This document shows positions 1-10,700 of a stretch of DNA of 64,000 nucleotides, piece after piece. Origin of the DNA: Chthoniobacterales bacterium (GTDB taxonomy: Bacteria > Verrucomicrobiota > Verrucomicrobiia > Chthoniobacterales > JAATET01); NCBI GenBank assembly GCA_015655545.1, contig JAATET010000132.1, positions 13,773 through 77,772 on the forward strand. The letters run 5' to 3'. The position numbers and the translations under genes are program-made. Under the pieces are notes generated by a model that worked only from the letters and a program-made list of their open reading frames with translations, ran no database searches and was not told where the DNA came from. Each line of letters begins with the position of its first letter. Position 1 is the first letter of the stretch.

Positions 1-2015
1 GTGGTTTCGAATTCCAGCGGCAGGCCGACGTCCGATTGGCCGCCGCTGCCGATCACGAGGCGGCCGAACTTGACCTCGAGATGATCGACCGACCAATTCG
101 GCTCGGCCGCGGCGGGCGCGGGCTTTCCAGGCGGGACGGGGGCCGACGTCCGTTCCATGTAAACGAACAAATCCTGGCTCAGGAAAATGCTCGGCCGGAG
201 AATGACGATTTCGCGGAGATGCTTGCGCGCGAGATCGCGCAGCGTGAAACGGACGAAGACGCTGCGCAGCGAGAGGATTTTCGCGGCGGGATTGAGCGGC
301 GAGCGGAGGTCGATATTTGCGAGTTCCACGGTCTGCGCCTCCTCGAGGAGCTGATCGGAAAGGCCGCTGGCGCTCACGTTCGTCAGCGACGTGTTCAACG
401 TGAAACGCAAATCGGGCACGCCGGGCCGCTTATCCTCGATGCGCGTGCGCACGCCCGCGATGTCGAGCCTCCCGATCGACCAATCCGCGCCGGCCGCGGC
501 AGGCGGCGCGCCCGGGGCCAGCAATTTTCGCAATCCTTCGCCGACCAGGACGCGGCCGCCGGCGATTTTTACGGCCTCGATACGCTGGCGATCGAGCAAT
601 CCGGAAGTGGTGAAATCGACCTGCGCGACGTCCAGCGAAACGAACGCCTTCGTCCTGCCATCGCTGAGCTGCACGTCCCACACGGTGAGCTCCTGCGAGG
701 CGCGGGCCGCGGCTCCAAGCGTGCCGAGATTCTGCATCTCGAAAGCGATTTTGGCCGTCACATCGAGGTCGCCATTTTGGAGTCCGCGCAGGTGCAGAGT
801 GCCGTAATTGCAGCTCGCGCGGGCGATGAGCCATGCGGGCGGTTTTTCGGAAGCATTGCCCTTCGGCGGCGGCTGAGACGCATTCCCGGTGGCTTTGGGC
901 TCCATCGTGGCGGGCGCGAAATCGATGGCGGGATCCTTGAGGCGCAACTCCTCGATCCGGCGCTCGGCGAGACCCGCGACGGTGAATTTCACTTCGGCTT
1001 CTTTCGCGGCAAGCAGAGCGCCTTGGGGCTCGGCGTCGGTCGAGATTTTTAGATTTTTGACCATGACGCTCTGTCGGGCGGCGGCGGCCGTCGAATCGAC
1101 GGCGCCGAGATTTTGCATGGCGGCGGCGATCCGAAAATCGACTCGACCGATGACGCCGGGCGCGTCGGGAATGCTGACCCGCAGCCCGTCGAGCTGCAGC
1201 GAGCCGACCGACCAGCCGGGTTGAGTCGCGGCTGGCCCGGAGCTGGAGGCCGTGGTTTTGGCATGCGGGCCGAGGAGCTCGATGAGATTTGGCGCGATGG
1301 TCAGCGCGCCTTCGCCGATGCGGGCGGCGCGAAGGTGATTGCCGGAGAAAAGTTCCTCCGTAGTGAAGCGGATATCCGCGTCTTTGATGCCGAGAATGCC
1401 TTGGTTGCGCGCGTCCGTGGCGGTGATTTTTTCGATGCGCAACGCATGCTCGATCCTGCCGGTTTCGCCGCCGACGCCGAAGTCTTTGAAGTCGGCCGAA
1501 AAGTCCATGTCCAGCGTCGGAGATTGCTCGAGCAAGCGCGTGATGCGCAGGTGGCCGCCGCTGACGACGACGTGGTCGATGCCCCAGCCGAGCAGGCTTC
1601 CCGTGCGGCCGGAGGCGGCGGTGGATGTCGCCGGCTGCACGCCGAGCGCGTCGCCGAGGTCCGGGGAAACAACGAGGTTCGGCCGCTGCAGCTCGACTTC
1701 ATCGAGGCGCAATCGCCAGAGGTCGCCAAAGCTGAAGACGGCGGCGCCGCCCTCGAGCGCGAGCAGGGGCTCGTTGGTCTTCGAGGACTTCAGCGAGAGC
1801 TGGCGCACTTCGAGCCGCGATGCGGAGACGAGGCGCAGCGAACCGAGATCGGCTTTCACGCCGGGAAACAAGCGATGGATCGACCATTTGGCGATCCAGT
1901 CCAGATGCTGCACCGCGAGGATGATCGTGACAATGGCGGCCAGCGCTGCGACGGCGAGCGCGCCGAGGAGGCGGCGGAACCAGCGGCGCGGGCGTTTGGG
2001 GGGAGCGTCAGGCAA
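1..2015 (-). CDS. Large N-terminally membrane-anchored envelope protein with AsmA/DUF748-like repeat architecture (3' end runs off the window)
   Basis: Absent from the ORF track because no stop lies in the window. My reverse-strand translation is open from 2015 to position 1 (about 670 codons). The only upstream start candidate is TTG at 2013-2015 (in-frame stop at 2037-2039). The N-terminus 'PDAPPKRPRRWFRRLLGALAVAALAAIVTIILAV' contains one TM helix. It is followed by five recurrences of a W-S-[VI]-x-x-L-x-[LIV] beta-rich module (WSVGSLQLDGLRVSIPD, WSIGRLDIAGVRTRIED, WSVDHLEVKFGRLVIGSG and others). The + strand ORFs 36..1052, 1113..2051 and 1339..2949 are its shadows. Confidence 0.55.
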   Translation of the reverse strand, partial: MPDAPPKRPRRWFRRLLGALAVAALAAIVTIILAVQHLDWIAKWSIHRLFPGVKADLGSLRLVSASRLEVRQLSLKSSKTNEPLLALEGGAAVFSFGDLWRLRLDEVELQRPNLVVSPDLGDALGVQPATSTAASGRTGSLLGWGIDHVVVSGGHLRITRLLEQSPTLDMDFSADFKDFGVGGETGRIEHALRIEKITATDARNQGILGIKDADIRFTTEELFSGNHLRAARIGEGALTIAPNLIELLGPHAKTTASSSGPAATQPGWSVGSLQLDGLRVSIPDAPGVIGRVDFRIAAAMQNLGAVDSTAAAARQSVMVKNLKISTDAEPQGALLAAKEAEVKFTVAGLAERRIEELRLKDPAIDFAPATMEPKATGNASQPPPKGNASEKPPAWLIARASCNYGTLHLRGLQNGDLDVTAKIAFEMQNLGTLGAAARASQELTVWDVQLSDGRTKAFVSLDVAQVDFTTSGLLDRQRIEAVKIAGGRVLVGEGLRKLLAPGAPPAAAGADWSIGRLDIAGVRTRIEDKRPGVPDLRFTLNTSLTNVSASGLSDQLLEEAQTVELANIDLRSPLNPAAKILSLRSVFVRFTLRDLARKHLREIVILRPSIFLSQDLFVYMERTSAPVPPGKPAPAAAEPNWSVDHLEVKFGRLVIGSGGQSDVGLPLEFET

Positions 2016-2859
2016 GGGCGCGGTCGAGGTAGGTGGTCAGCACGAAGATGACTCCGATCCAGGCGTTGGCGTTGAAAAAGGCGGCGTTGATCGCATTCAC
2101 GTCCAACGAGCGGGCGGTGCGGTGCTCGTAAACAAGCAGGCCGAGAATGGGGGCGAGGCCCAGCCAATAGACCAGTCCGAGGCCGGCGCTCCAGCCGAAG
2201 GCCGCCAGGGCGAGCCAGGTGCCGGCATGCAGGAGCTGAGCGGCTCGCAGCGCGCCGGGGATGCCGAGCCAGACGACCATGGATTTGAGACCCTCGCGTT
2301 TGTCCACTTCGTAGTCCTGCGTGGCGTAGATGGTGTCGAAACCGGCGAGCCAGAGCACGACGGCAAGCGCGAGGATGAGCGGCGGCGAGGCGAAGCTGCC
2401 TGTGACCGCCAGCCACGCGCCGACGGGCGCGACGGCGAGCGCGAGACCGAGAAAAAATTGCGCGGCATGCGTGAAGCGTTTCGTGAACGAGTAGAAAAAA
2501 ACGATCGCCAACGCGACGGGCGAGAGGACGAAGCAAAGCGGATTCATCGGCCAGGTGGCCGCGATGAAGCAGGCGGAGGCGACGGCGCAGCCGGCGGTGG
2601 CGGCACCGCGCGAGACAAGGAGGTGGCGGGCGGCGGTGCGCGGGTTGCGCTGATCGAGGCTCCAGTCGGCAAGGCGATTGAAAATCATGGCCGCGGTGCG
2701 GGCGAAAACCATCGCGAGCACGACGGGCAGGATGATCCGCACGGGCGGCAGGCCGTGCGCTGCGACGAACATGGCGCCGAGCGCGAAGGGCATCGCAAAG
2801 ATCGTGTGCGAGAAGCGCACGAACTGCAGAAATCGCGCAACGGGCGCGAGCGCGGTCAT
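2008..2859 (-). CDS. UbiA-family aromatic prenyltransferase (4-hydroxybenzoate polyprenyltransferase-like, possibly MqnP-type)
   Basis: 283 aa and highly hydrophobic, with multiple TM helices. It carries the two Asp-rich UbiA motifs 'NRLADWSLDQRNPRTAAR' and 'YATQDYEVDKREG'. ATGA overlap with the upstream gene. Confidence 0.8.
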   Translation of the reverse strand: MTALAPVARFLQFVRFSHTIFAMPFALGAMFVAAHGLPPVRIILPVVLAMVFARTAAMIFNRLADWSLDQRNPRTAARHLLVSRGAATAGCAVASACFIAATWPMNPLCFVLSPVALAIVFFYSFTKRFTHAAQFFLGLALAVAPVGAWLAVTGSFASPPLILALAVVLWLAGFDTIYATQDYEVDKREGLKSMVVWLGIPGALRAAQLLHAGTWLALAAFGWSAGLGLVYWLGLAPILGLLVYEHRTARSLDVNAINAAFFNANAWIGVIFVLTTYLDRALA

Positions 2860-3386
2860 TTGGCAGGCTTGGCGGGGTCTTCGAACCAGTCGGCGATGGC
2901 GTCGTCGATGCGCAGGTCGATGAGGAGCCAGCGGTCGGAGGGTTGGTAGAAATAGAATTTCCAGCGCAGCGGGAGGACGTCGCCGACGAGCAGGTAGGTG
3001 CGCCGCATCAAGTGCGTGCCAAGCTTCTCTTCGCGGACGAGTTCGTATCCGTGCACGGGGCCATAGGCGTCGAGAGCTTTTTGGGTCTGCGTGCGCATGC
3101 CTCTTGCCTCTTCGTCCCCGCGATCGGCCATGGCGAACTCGGCTTTGAGCGTGTCGTAGGCGGCATCGACGCGGTCGGCCTTCAACGACTCGAAAAAGGT
3201 GGCGATGATTTCGTCGGGCGTGCGCTTTGGCAGCTCGGGGGGCGGAAGTTTATCGAGTTTGTCGGGAAGTTTTTTCGCGACGACGGGCGCGGTCGCGGTC
3301 TCGGCGGGAGCGGATTCTATTTTCCCGGCTTGCGTGGCCGCCAGCGGGCACAGGAGGGCGAAGATGGGGAGCACGCGGCGAATCAT
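2856..3386 (-). CDS. Secreted hypothetical protein
   Basis: 176 aa with signal peptide 'MIRRVLPIFALLCPLAATQA'. Non-shadow amino-acid composition. Its stop overlaps the ubiA-like start (ATGA). I recognise no family. Confidence 0.6.
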   Translation of the reverse strand: MIRRVLPIFALLCPLAATQAGKIESAPAETATAPVVAKKLPDKLDKLPPPELPKRTPDEIIATFFESLKADRVDAAYDTLKAEFAMADRGDEEARGMRTQTQKALDAYGPVHGYELVREEKLGTHLMRRTYLLVGDVLPLRWKFYFYQPSDRWLLIDLRIDDAIADWFEDPAKPAK

Positions 3387-3436
3387 GCCGCGAATATCGG
3401 CGCGATTCGGCCCGGCGTCGATGCGGTTTTCACGGC

Positions 3437-6400
3437 TCAGGCCGGCACGGGCAGCGAAGGCGACGGAGGGCTCGACCGGCCGCGACGCGTCAGCCGGGAC
3501 TGAAGTTTTTCGAAGTAGAGATAAATCACCGGCGTGAGGTAAAGCGTGACGAGCTGGGAAACGAGGAGGCCGCCGACGACGACGAGGCCGAGCGGCTGGC
3601 GGGCTTCTCCGCCCTGACCGTAGGCGAGGGCGATGGGAAGCGAACCCATCATCGCGGCGAAGGTGGTCATCATGATCGGGCGGAAGCGAACGACGCAGGC
3701 CTGGAAAATCGCGTCCGCCGGCAGCCGATGCCCGCCGCGTTGGGCTTCGAGCGCGTGGTCGATCATCATGATGGCATTCTTTTTGACGATGCCGATCAGC
3801 ATGAGCAGGCCGACGAAGCCGTAAACGTTCAGCTCGACGCCGAAGAGCCAGAGGGTGAGGAGCGCGCCGAACCCGGCGGAGGGCAGGCCGGAGAGAATGG
3901 TGAGCGGATGGACGAAGCTTTCGTAGAGGATGCCGAGCACGAGATAAATGACGAGCACGGCCATGAGCAGGAGGAAGCCGAGATTGCCGAGGGAGCTTTG
4001 ATAGGCTTGCGCGGTGCCCTGGAATTGGGTGCTGATGCTGGCGTCGAGTTCCTCGGCGGCGGCGCGCTGGATTTTCGGCACGACTTCGCTGAGCGACACG
4101 CCCTGCGCGAGGTCGAAGGAGAGCGTGACGGCGGGAAGCTGGCCGAGATGCTGGACGGTGAGCGGGCCGACCTTTTGGCTGATTTTGGCGACGGCATCGA
4201 GGGCGACGAGCCGGCCGGTGGAGGTGGAGCGGATGTAAAGGCGGGAGAGATCGGGAGATTCGCGCTTGAAGCGGTCCTGCGCCTCGAGGATGACGTGGTA
4301 TTGATCGGTGGCGGTGTAGATGGTCGAGATCTGGCGGGCTCCGTAGGCGCTGCCGAGAGCGGACTCGATCTGTGCGGCGGTGACGCCGAGCGTGGAGGCT
4401 TTGTCGCGATTGATGTCGACGAGGACTTGCGGGCTGGTGATCTGGAGATCCGACGTGACGTCGACGATGCCGGGGATTTTATCCATGCGCTCTTCGACGC
4501 GGTCGGCGGCGGTGTAGAGCGCCTGGAGATCGGGACCGAAGAGGGTGAATTGGTAGAGGCTCTTCGTCTGCGCGCCGCCGATGCGGATGGTGGGCGGATT
4601 TTGCGGATAGACCTTGAGGCCGGCGATGCCGGAGAGGTCGCGACGGAACTGCCGCACGACATCGTCCACCGGCGGGCGCTCGCTGCGCGGCTTGAGCGTG
4701 ACGATGAGGCGGCCGTTGTTCGATGCGCCGCCGCCGACACGGGACATGAAGGCCTGAACCGCGGGATTTTTCGCGACAATGTCCGCGGCGTGTTGCTGCA
4801 ATTCGACCATTCTGTCGAAGGAAACGCCTTGCTCGGCCTCGGTCGTGATCATGATGCGGCTCGCGTCCTCATTGGGCAGGAAGCCCTTGGGCGCGATCAC
4901 GAAAAGCCACGCGGTCGCGGCGGCCATGAGGATCGCGATGCCGGTGACGACGAGGTGATGGCGCAGGGCGACGCGCAGGGTGCGCTCGTAAAAACCCAGC
5001 GCGCTTTGGAAAATGCGCTCCGAGGCGTTGTAGAGCCGCCCGTGTTTTTCGCCACGTCGCAGGAAGCGGCTGCAGAGCATCGGGGTGAGCGAGAGCGAGA
5101 CGAAGCCGGAGACCAGAATCGCGACCGCGATGGTGACGGCGAATTCATTGAGCAGCCGCCCGAGGATGCCGCCCATGAACAGCACGGGAATGAAGACGGC
5201 GGCGAGCGAGAGGGTCATCGAGAGGATCGTGAAGCCGATCTCGCGGCCGCCATTGAGCGCGGCCTCCCATGGCTGCTGGCCCATCTCGACGTGGCGGACG
5301 ATGTTTTCGAGCACGACGATGGCGTCGTCCACGACGAAGCCGACCGCGAGGGTGAGGGCGAGGAGCGAGAAATTATTCACGCTGAAGCCGAGCAGATACA
5401 TCACGCCGAAGGTGCCGATGATCGAGAGCGGAATGGCGGCGCTCGGGATGAGCGTCGCGCGGAGGCTGCGCAGGAAAAGAAAGATGACCAGCACGACGAG
5501 CGCGATGGCGAGCGTGAGGGTGAATTTGACGTCGTGCAGCGACTGGCGAATGGACGTCGAGCGGTCGTAGAGGATGTCGAGCTTCATGCCGCCGGGCATC
5601 TGCGCGCGGACGGTCGGCAATAGCGCGAGGATGTCGTCGATGACTTCCACGGTATTCGCGCCGGGCTGGCGCTGGACGGCGAGCACGATGCCGCGCTGGC
5701 CGTTGAACCAGCCGAGGCTCTTGTCGTCCTCGACGCTGTTGACGACCTTCGCGAGCTGCTCGAGGCGGATGGGCGCGCCGTTGCGATAGGCGACGATCAC
5801 ATTGCGGAAATCCTCCGCGCGCAGGAGCCGGCCGGTCGCTTCGATGGTGCGCGTCTTCGAGCCGGCATCGAGCGTGCCGGTGGCTTGGTTCGTGTTCGCA
5901 CCGCTCACGGAGGATTCGATTTCGTCGATGCCGATGCCGCGCGCGGCCAGCTCGCGCGGGTCGATCTGCACGCGCACGGCGAATTTTTGCGCGCCCCAGA
6001 TATCGACTTCCGCAACGCCGCTGATGGTCGAGAACCGCTGGCCGACGAGGGTCTCGGCGTATTCGTCGACCTTGCTGAGCGGAAGCGAGTCGGAGGTGGC
6101 GGCGAGAATCAAAATGGGCTGCTCGGCCGGATTCACCTTGCGAAAGGTGGGCGGCGTCGGCAGTTCCGTGGGCAACGATTTCAAGGCGGAGGAAATGGCG
6201 GTCTGCACGTCCTGCGAGGCGGCGTCGATATTGCGGGAGAGCGCGAATTGGAGCGTGATGGTGGTGGCTCCGAGCGAGCTCGACGAGGTCATCGACTCGA
6301 TTCCGGCGATGGTGGAGAATTGTTTTTCGAGCGGCGTCGCGACGGAGGAGGCCATCGTCTCGGGATTCGCGCCGGGGAGATTCGCGGTGACGGTGATGGT

Positions 6401-6529
6401 CGGGAAATCGACATTCGGCAGGTCGCTGACCGGCAGTCTTTCGTAAGCCAGGAGGCCGAAGCCGAGGATGGCGATCATGACGAGCGTCGTCATGATCGGC
6501 CGGCGGACGAACGGATCGGTGAGGCTCAT
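3437..6529 (-). CDS. RND efflux transporter permease (AcrB/MdtB/MdtC family, HAE1-type)
   Basis: The true start is the ATG at 6527-6529 ('MSLTDPFVRRPIMTTLVMIAILGFGLLAYERLPVSDLPNVDFPTITV...'), giving about 1030 aa with 12-TM RND topology. The 153-aa Arg-rich extension in the track (to 6988) is an artefact. ATGA overlap with the adaptor gene. Confidence 0.9.
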   Translation of the reverse strand: MSLTDPFVRRPIMTTLVMIAILGFGLLAYERLPVSDLPNVDFPTITVTANLPGANPETMASSVATPLEKQFSTIAGIESMTSSSSLGATTITLQFALSRNIDAASQDVQTAISSALKSLPTELPTPPTFRKVNPAEQPILILAATSDSLPLSKVDEYAETLVGQRFSTISGVAEVDIWGAQKFAVRVQIDPRELAARGIGIDEIESSVSGANTNQATGTLDAGSKTRTIEATGRLLRAEDFRNVIVAYRNGAPIRLEQLAKVVNSVEDDKSLGWFNGQRGIVLAVQRQPGANTVEVIDDILALLPTVRAQMPGGMKLDILYDRSTSIRQSLHDVKFTLTLAIALVVLVIFLFLRSLRATLIPSAAIPLSIIGTFGVMYLLGFSVNNFSLLALTLAVGFVVDDAIVVLENIVRHVEMGQQPWEAALNGGREIGFTILSMTLSLAAVFIPVLFMGGILGRLLNEFAVTIAVAILVSGFVSLSLTPMLCSRFLRRGEKHGRLYNASERIFQSALGFYERTLRVALRHHLVVTGIAILMAAATAWLFVIAPKGFLPNEDASRIMITTEAEQGVSFDRMVELQQHAADIVAKNPAVQAFMSRVGGGASNNGRLIVTLKPRSERPPVDDVVRQFRRDLSGIAGLKVYPQNPPTIRIGGAQTKSLYQFTLFGPDLQALYTAADRVEERMDKIPGIVDVTSDLQITSPQVLVDINRDKASTLGVTAAQIESALGSAYGARQISTIYTATDQYHVILEAQDRFKRESPDLSRLYIRSTSTGRLVALDAVAKISQKVGPLTVQHLGQLPAVTLSFDLAQGVSLSEVVPKIQRAAAEELDASISTQFQGTAQAYQSSLGNLGFLLLMAVLVIYLVLGILYESFVHPLTILSGLPSAGFGALLTLWLFGVELNVYGFVGLLMLIGIVKKNAIMMIDHALEAQRGGHRLPADAIFQACVVRFRPIMMTTFAAMMGSLPIALAYGQGGEARQPLGLVVVGGLLVSQLVTLYLTPVIYLYFEKLQSRLTRRGRSSPPSPSLPVPA

Positions 6530-7665
6530 GAACCCTGCTTCGGCCGGCCGGCCGGAGCGGCGGCGCGACCGCTTTCGACGACCTTGCCGCCATTCGAGAC
6601 TCGCAACTGCCCGCTCGAGATGACGGCTTGCCCCGCGGCCAATCCGGAACGAATCACCGCCTGGGCGCCGACGACGCGCTCGACCTCGACTTTTTGCAGC
6701 CGGGCCACGCCACCGCTCACCACGAAAACCTGCGCGCCGTTTTGCCCTTCCATGATGGCGGTCATCGGCACGACGAGCGCATCCGGCTCGGAGGTGAGCG
6801 TGAGGACGACATCGACGAATTGGCCCGGCCACAGGCTCTCGTCTTGATTCGGAAAGGTGGCTTTCATCGTGATCATGCCGGACTGGCGATCGACGGAGTT
6901 GTCCACGAAATCGAGCGTGCCGGAGCCGAGCACGCGGACGTTGTCGGGATCTTTGGCGGTGACGGGAACGACGCCCTTGCCGAGCCATTGGCGCACGGAG
7001 GCGAGCTGCGTCTCGGGAATGGAGAAACTCACGTAGATGGGCTGCGTCTGGTTGATCACCGTGAGGACGTCGGTATTCGCCTGCACGATGTTGCCGGCTT
7101 TAATGAGCGCGGCGCCGGCGCGGCCGCTGATGGGCGCACGCACCGTGGTCCACTCGAGCGAGAGCTTCGCCTGATCCACGTCGGCCTGGCGGGCGGCGAG
7201 GATGGATTTCTGCGAGGAGGCGGTGGTGAGATATTGGGCGTATTGCTCCTTCGAGGAGACGCCTTGCGTGGTGAGCTTCGTGTAGCGATCGACCTGGGCC
7301 TGGGCGTTCTGCGCCTCGGTCTGGGCCTGCGCAAGATCGGCCTGGGCGCGCTGGAGCGTGACTTCGAACGTGCGCGGATCGATGGTGAAAAGCGGCTGCC
7401 CCACTTTCACGTAGGCGCCATCGGTGAAGAGGACTTTTTCGATCTCGCCCTGCACCTTGGCCTTGAGCTGCACGCTGGCCATGGGATCGACGGTGCCGAT
7501 GGCGTGGAGCTCGACCGGCATGTCGCGCTGCTCGACGGCGGCGACCTCGACCGGCGCGGGCGGCGAAGCGGATGGTTTTTCGATTTTTTTTCCGCATCCG
7601 CAAAGAAGCAGAAGGCAGAGCGCCGCGGTCCATCGGCCAGACGTGATCGCGGGAGAGGATTGCAT
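6526..7665 (-). CDS. RND efflux periplasmic adaptor (membrane fusion protein, AcrA/HlyD family) lipoprotein
   Basis: Lipobox 'LLLCGC', coiled-coil hairpin, barrel-sandwich and beta-barrel segments ('VRAPISGRAG', 'PGQFVDVVLTL'). I prefer the ATG at 7663-7665 (MQSSPAITSG...) over the GTG at 7704. Confidence 0.85.
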   Translation of the reverse strand: MQSSPAITSGRWTAALCLLLLCGCGKKIEKPSASPPAPVEVAAVEQRDMPVELHAIGTVDPMASVQLKAKVQGEIEKVLFTDGAYVKVGQPLFTIDPRTFEVTLQRAQADLAQAQTEAQNAQAQVDRYTKLTTQGVSSKEQYAQYLTTASSQKSILAARQADVDQAKLSLEWTTVRAPISGRAGAALIKAGNIVQANTDVLTVINQTQPIYVSFSIPETQLASVRQWLGKGVVPVTAKDPDNVRVLGSGTLDFVDNSVDRQSGMITMKATFPNQDESLWPGQFVDVVLTLTSEPDALVVPMTAIMEGQNGAQVFVVSGGVARLQKVEVERVVGAQAVIRSGLAAGQAVISSGQLRVSNGGKVVESGRAAAPAGRPKQGS

Positions 7666-7758
7666 TGTTGGTTCGAATGATTGCCAGAGGGCGCACGGCG
7701 TCAAAAGATTTCCTCTCGGGGTATTCCCTGACTCGTCATCGGCTTTCGCAGGCAGGAG

Positions 7759-10700
7759 TCAGAGCGCCGGAGTGAAAGACTCGACGACAGCGATGAATTT
7801 TTCGCGAACGATCGGCTTGGAAACATAGGCATCCATCCCGGCATCCAGGCAAGCCTGCTCGGCTTCGCTCATCGCGTTTGCCGTCTGCGCGATGATGGGA
7901 ATATGGTCGCCTCGCTCGCCCTCGAGCCGGCGAATTTCCCGCGCCGCTGCGTCGCCATCCATTTCGGGCATGTGCATATCCATGAGGACGAGATCGAAAC
8001 CGCCGGTCCGCCACAGGCTGACCGCCTCGGCGCCGTTGACGGCGGTGATGACGCTGTGGCCGCGCTGTTCGAGCAGGCGGCATGCGACCAGGGCGCTTAC
8101 GCGGTTGTCCTCGGCGAGAAGAATGCGCAAGGGCTGCTCGGCGGTCGTCCGGGATTTCCGACGCGCGACCGGCTCAATGCGCAACTGGAGCGAGGCATGG
8201 ATGGCGCGGAGCAGTTCGTTGCGCGTGACGGGCTTGGTGAGAAACATCTGGCACTCCGCTTTCTGCTCGTCGACTTCGTTGCCGCGAAAGGCCGAGGAAA
8301 GCATGAGGACGGCGGTGCTCCCGCAGAGCTGCTCGGCGGTGATGCGGCGCGCGGCCTCGAATCCATCGAGCTCGGGCATCACGACATCCAGCAGCAGCAG
8401 ATCGAAGGGGCGCTCGTTTTTTCGAGCGGCGCGAAGCAGCTCGAGACCGGCGGCGGCTTCGGAGGCGAGCGTCACTTCCATGCCCCAGGCTTCGAGCGTT
8501 TCGCGAAAGATTTCGAGATTCAAGGCGTTGTCATCGATCACCAAAGCGGTGCGTCCGACGAGCGCGGCGGCGTCGATGTCCTGATGGCGGGTGACGATTT
8601 GCGCGGCGAGCGGGAGCCGCACGGCGAAGTGAAATACGCTGCCGCGACCCAATTCGCTCTCCACCGAAATGCTGCCGCCCATTTGCTCGACCAGGCGCGA
8701 GCTGATGGCCAGGCCGAGGCCGGTGCCGCCATAAACGCGGGAGGTGGAATTGTCGGCCTGACGAAAGGAATCGAAAATAACGTCGAGCTTGTCGGCGGGA
8801 ATGCCGATGCCGGTGTCGCGCACTTCGATTCGCAAGGCGCAGCCTCTCGTGTCGGGCTCGCCGGCGGATTCGACGCGGACGACGATCTCCCCCGAGGGCG
8901 TGAACTTGATCGCGTTGCCGACGAGGTTGTTGATGATCTGGCGCAGGCGGCCGGGGTCGCCGTTGAAGGAATCGGGCACGTCGGGCCGCACGTCGTAGAT
9001 GAGCTCGATTTCTTTTTCCCCGGCCTGAATGCCGAGCGCGCGGATCATGTCGTCGAAGGTGTCGCGCAGCGAGAAGGGAATCTCCTCGAGATGGAAGCGG
9101 CCCGACTCGATTTTCGAGAAATCGAGAATGTCGTTGATGATCGTGAGCAACGCGAAGGTGGAGGACTTGATCAGGTTGAGGTATTCCTGCTGCTGCGCGG
9201 TGAGATCGGTATCGAGCGTGAGCTCCGCCATGCCGAGGATGCCGTTCATGGGCGTGCGAATCTCATGGCTCATATTGGCGAGGAATTCGCCCTTCACTTT
9301 CGCGGCCTGCTCGGCGGAGTAGCGCGCCTCATCCGCGCGCGCCTTGGCGAGGAGGAGTTCGTCGTTGCGCGCCTCGAGCGCCTGCGCGTGATCGCGGAGG
9401 CGGCTGTTCAGGCTGGCATTGACGAAGAGGCTCTCGAAGGCTTGCGCGAGCCGCTCGCAATCCTCGGCGCGGCCTTCGTTGAAATCGATCTCGAGCATCA
9501 CTTCGCCCGGCGTGCCGGGGTTCAAGCGCCGCCGGAGGATGGCGTGGTTTGGAAAATCGTCATGGAAAAGAAGGGAGTCCGGCAGCTCCTCGGAGAGATT
9601 GTCCGGGAGGCTCCGGATCGGCTCGCTCGAAAGCGCAAATTGCACATCGCCGCCGAATTTCCGGCCGTCGAGCCGGATGCAACGGATGCCGAGCGCGAGG
9701 CGAATCTCGTCGGCCACCGACACGACGTCGGCGAAGGTGACGATTTTCGAAAGGTTCCGATGCCATCTCGAGAGAGCGTCGTTGATGCGGTTTTGCAGGG
9801 CGCTGTGAAAGTCGCGGTAGTGCCACACGCGCGCGTCCACGACGACCTTGGCCGCGGCCGCGGCCGCGATGCGGCGGCGGTCGGAGTCATCGGCCGGCGG
9901 CTCGATGTCTTCGAGAATGGCGGTGAACTTCCGAAAAAGATGGACCGCGAACATGTCGTTGAGGCCGCGATAGGTCGCCTCGCGGTAATCGAGCGACAAG
10001 CGCTCAAGGGGCCTCTCCGCGCACAGGGCGGCGTAAAAAATCTCGCCCACGAGCTCGGCGACGGAAATGCCGGCGGGGTGGCGGCCCGCGAGGATTTCAA
10101 ACATGCGCGGGCTGATCACGTAGTCATCCGCGTTCGCGGACGGCATGCGGCCTCCCTCGCGGAGACAGGTCGAGCGGCGAACGATCAACGGCGGCGGAAT
10201 GTGCCGCCCGTGCTCGCTTCCGCGATCGAACAGCCGCTCGAACGCGCGGCAACCGATTTCGAAGCAGGGATAGGCAAGCGTGGTGAGCGGCGGATCGCTG
10301 AACTCGGGATCGAAGTTGTTGCGGAACGCAAAGTTGTCGAAGCCAGCCACCGAGATGTCCTCGGGCACGCGCAAGCCGGTCTGCCGAATGCCCATGACGG
10401 CGCCTTGAGCCATTCGATCGTTGGCGCAGATCAGCGCGGTGATGCCCTGGCATTCCGAGGCGATGCGACGCCCCCATTCCACGGCGCCGGGAAGCTCCCA
10501 TCCGCCGACGTGGAAAACGCGATCCTCCGGGAGCTCGACGCCGCCGGCATCGAACGCCTCGCGCACGCCGGCCAGCCGGAGTTGGTTCTCCCAATTTCCC
10601 TCCTCGCTGCCGAGGAAGGCGATCTGCCGATGGCCCATTTCGATCAACGCCCCGGCCAGCCGGCGGCATCCGGCCTGATTATCGACCAGGACGACGGGAA

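Noticed and set aside
3227-5623. 798-aa + strand ORF opposite the RND gene
   Set aside because: It is an antisense shadow ORF. It has extreme Asp/Glu/Gly/Arg/Ala composition and no motifs, while the opposite strand carries an unambiguous RND transporter.
6530-6988. 153-aa N-terminal extension of the RND transporter ORF (track 3437..6988, 1183 aa)
   Set aside because: The extension is about 40% Arg ('MARQGRRSRHRQRSRQRPRARLRH...') and lies entirely inside the adaptor gene in another frame. The conserved AcrB-type N-terminus begins at the ATG at 6529, in an ATGA overlap with the adaptor stop.
7670-7678. 'ggttcgaat' T-loop-like motif suggesting a tRNA
   Set aside because: The flanking bases cannot form a T-stem ('...tgttg GGTTCGAAT gattg...'). 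No acceptor, D or anticodon arms can be drawn. It lies in the 5' region of the adaptor gene.
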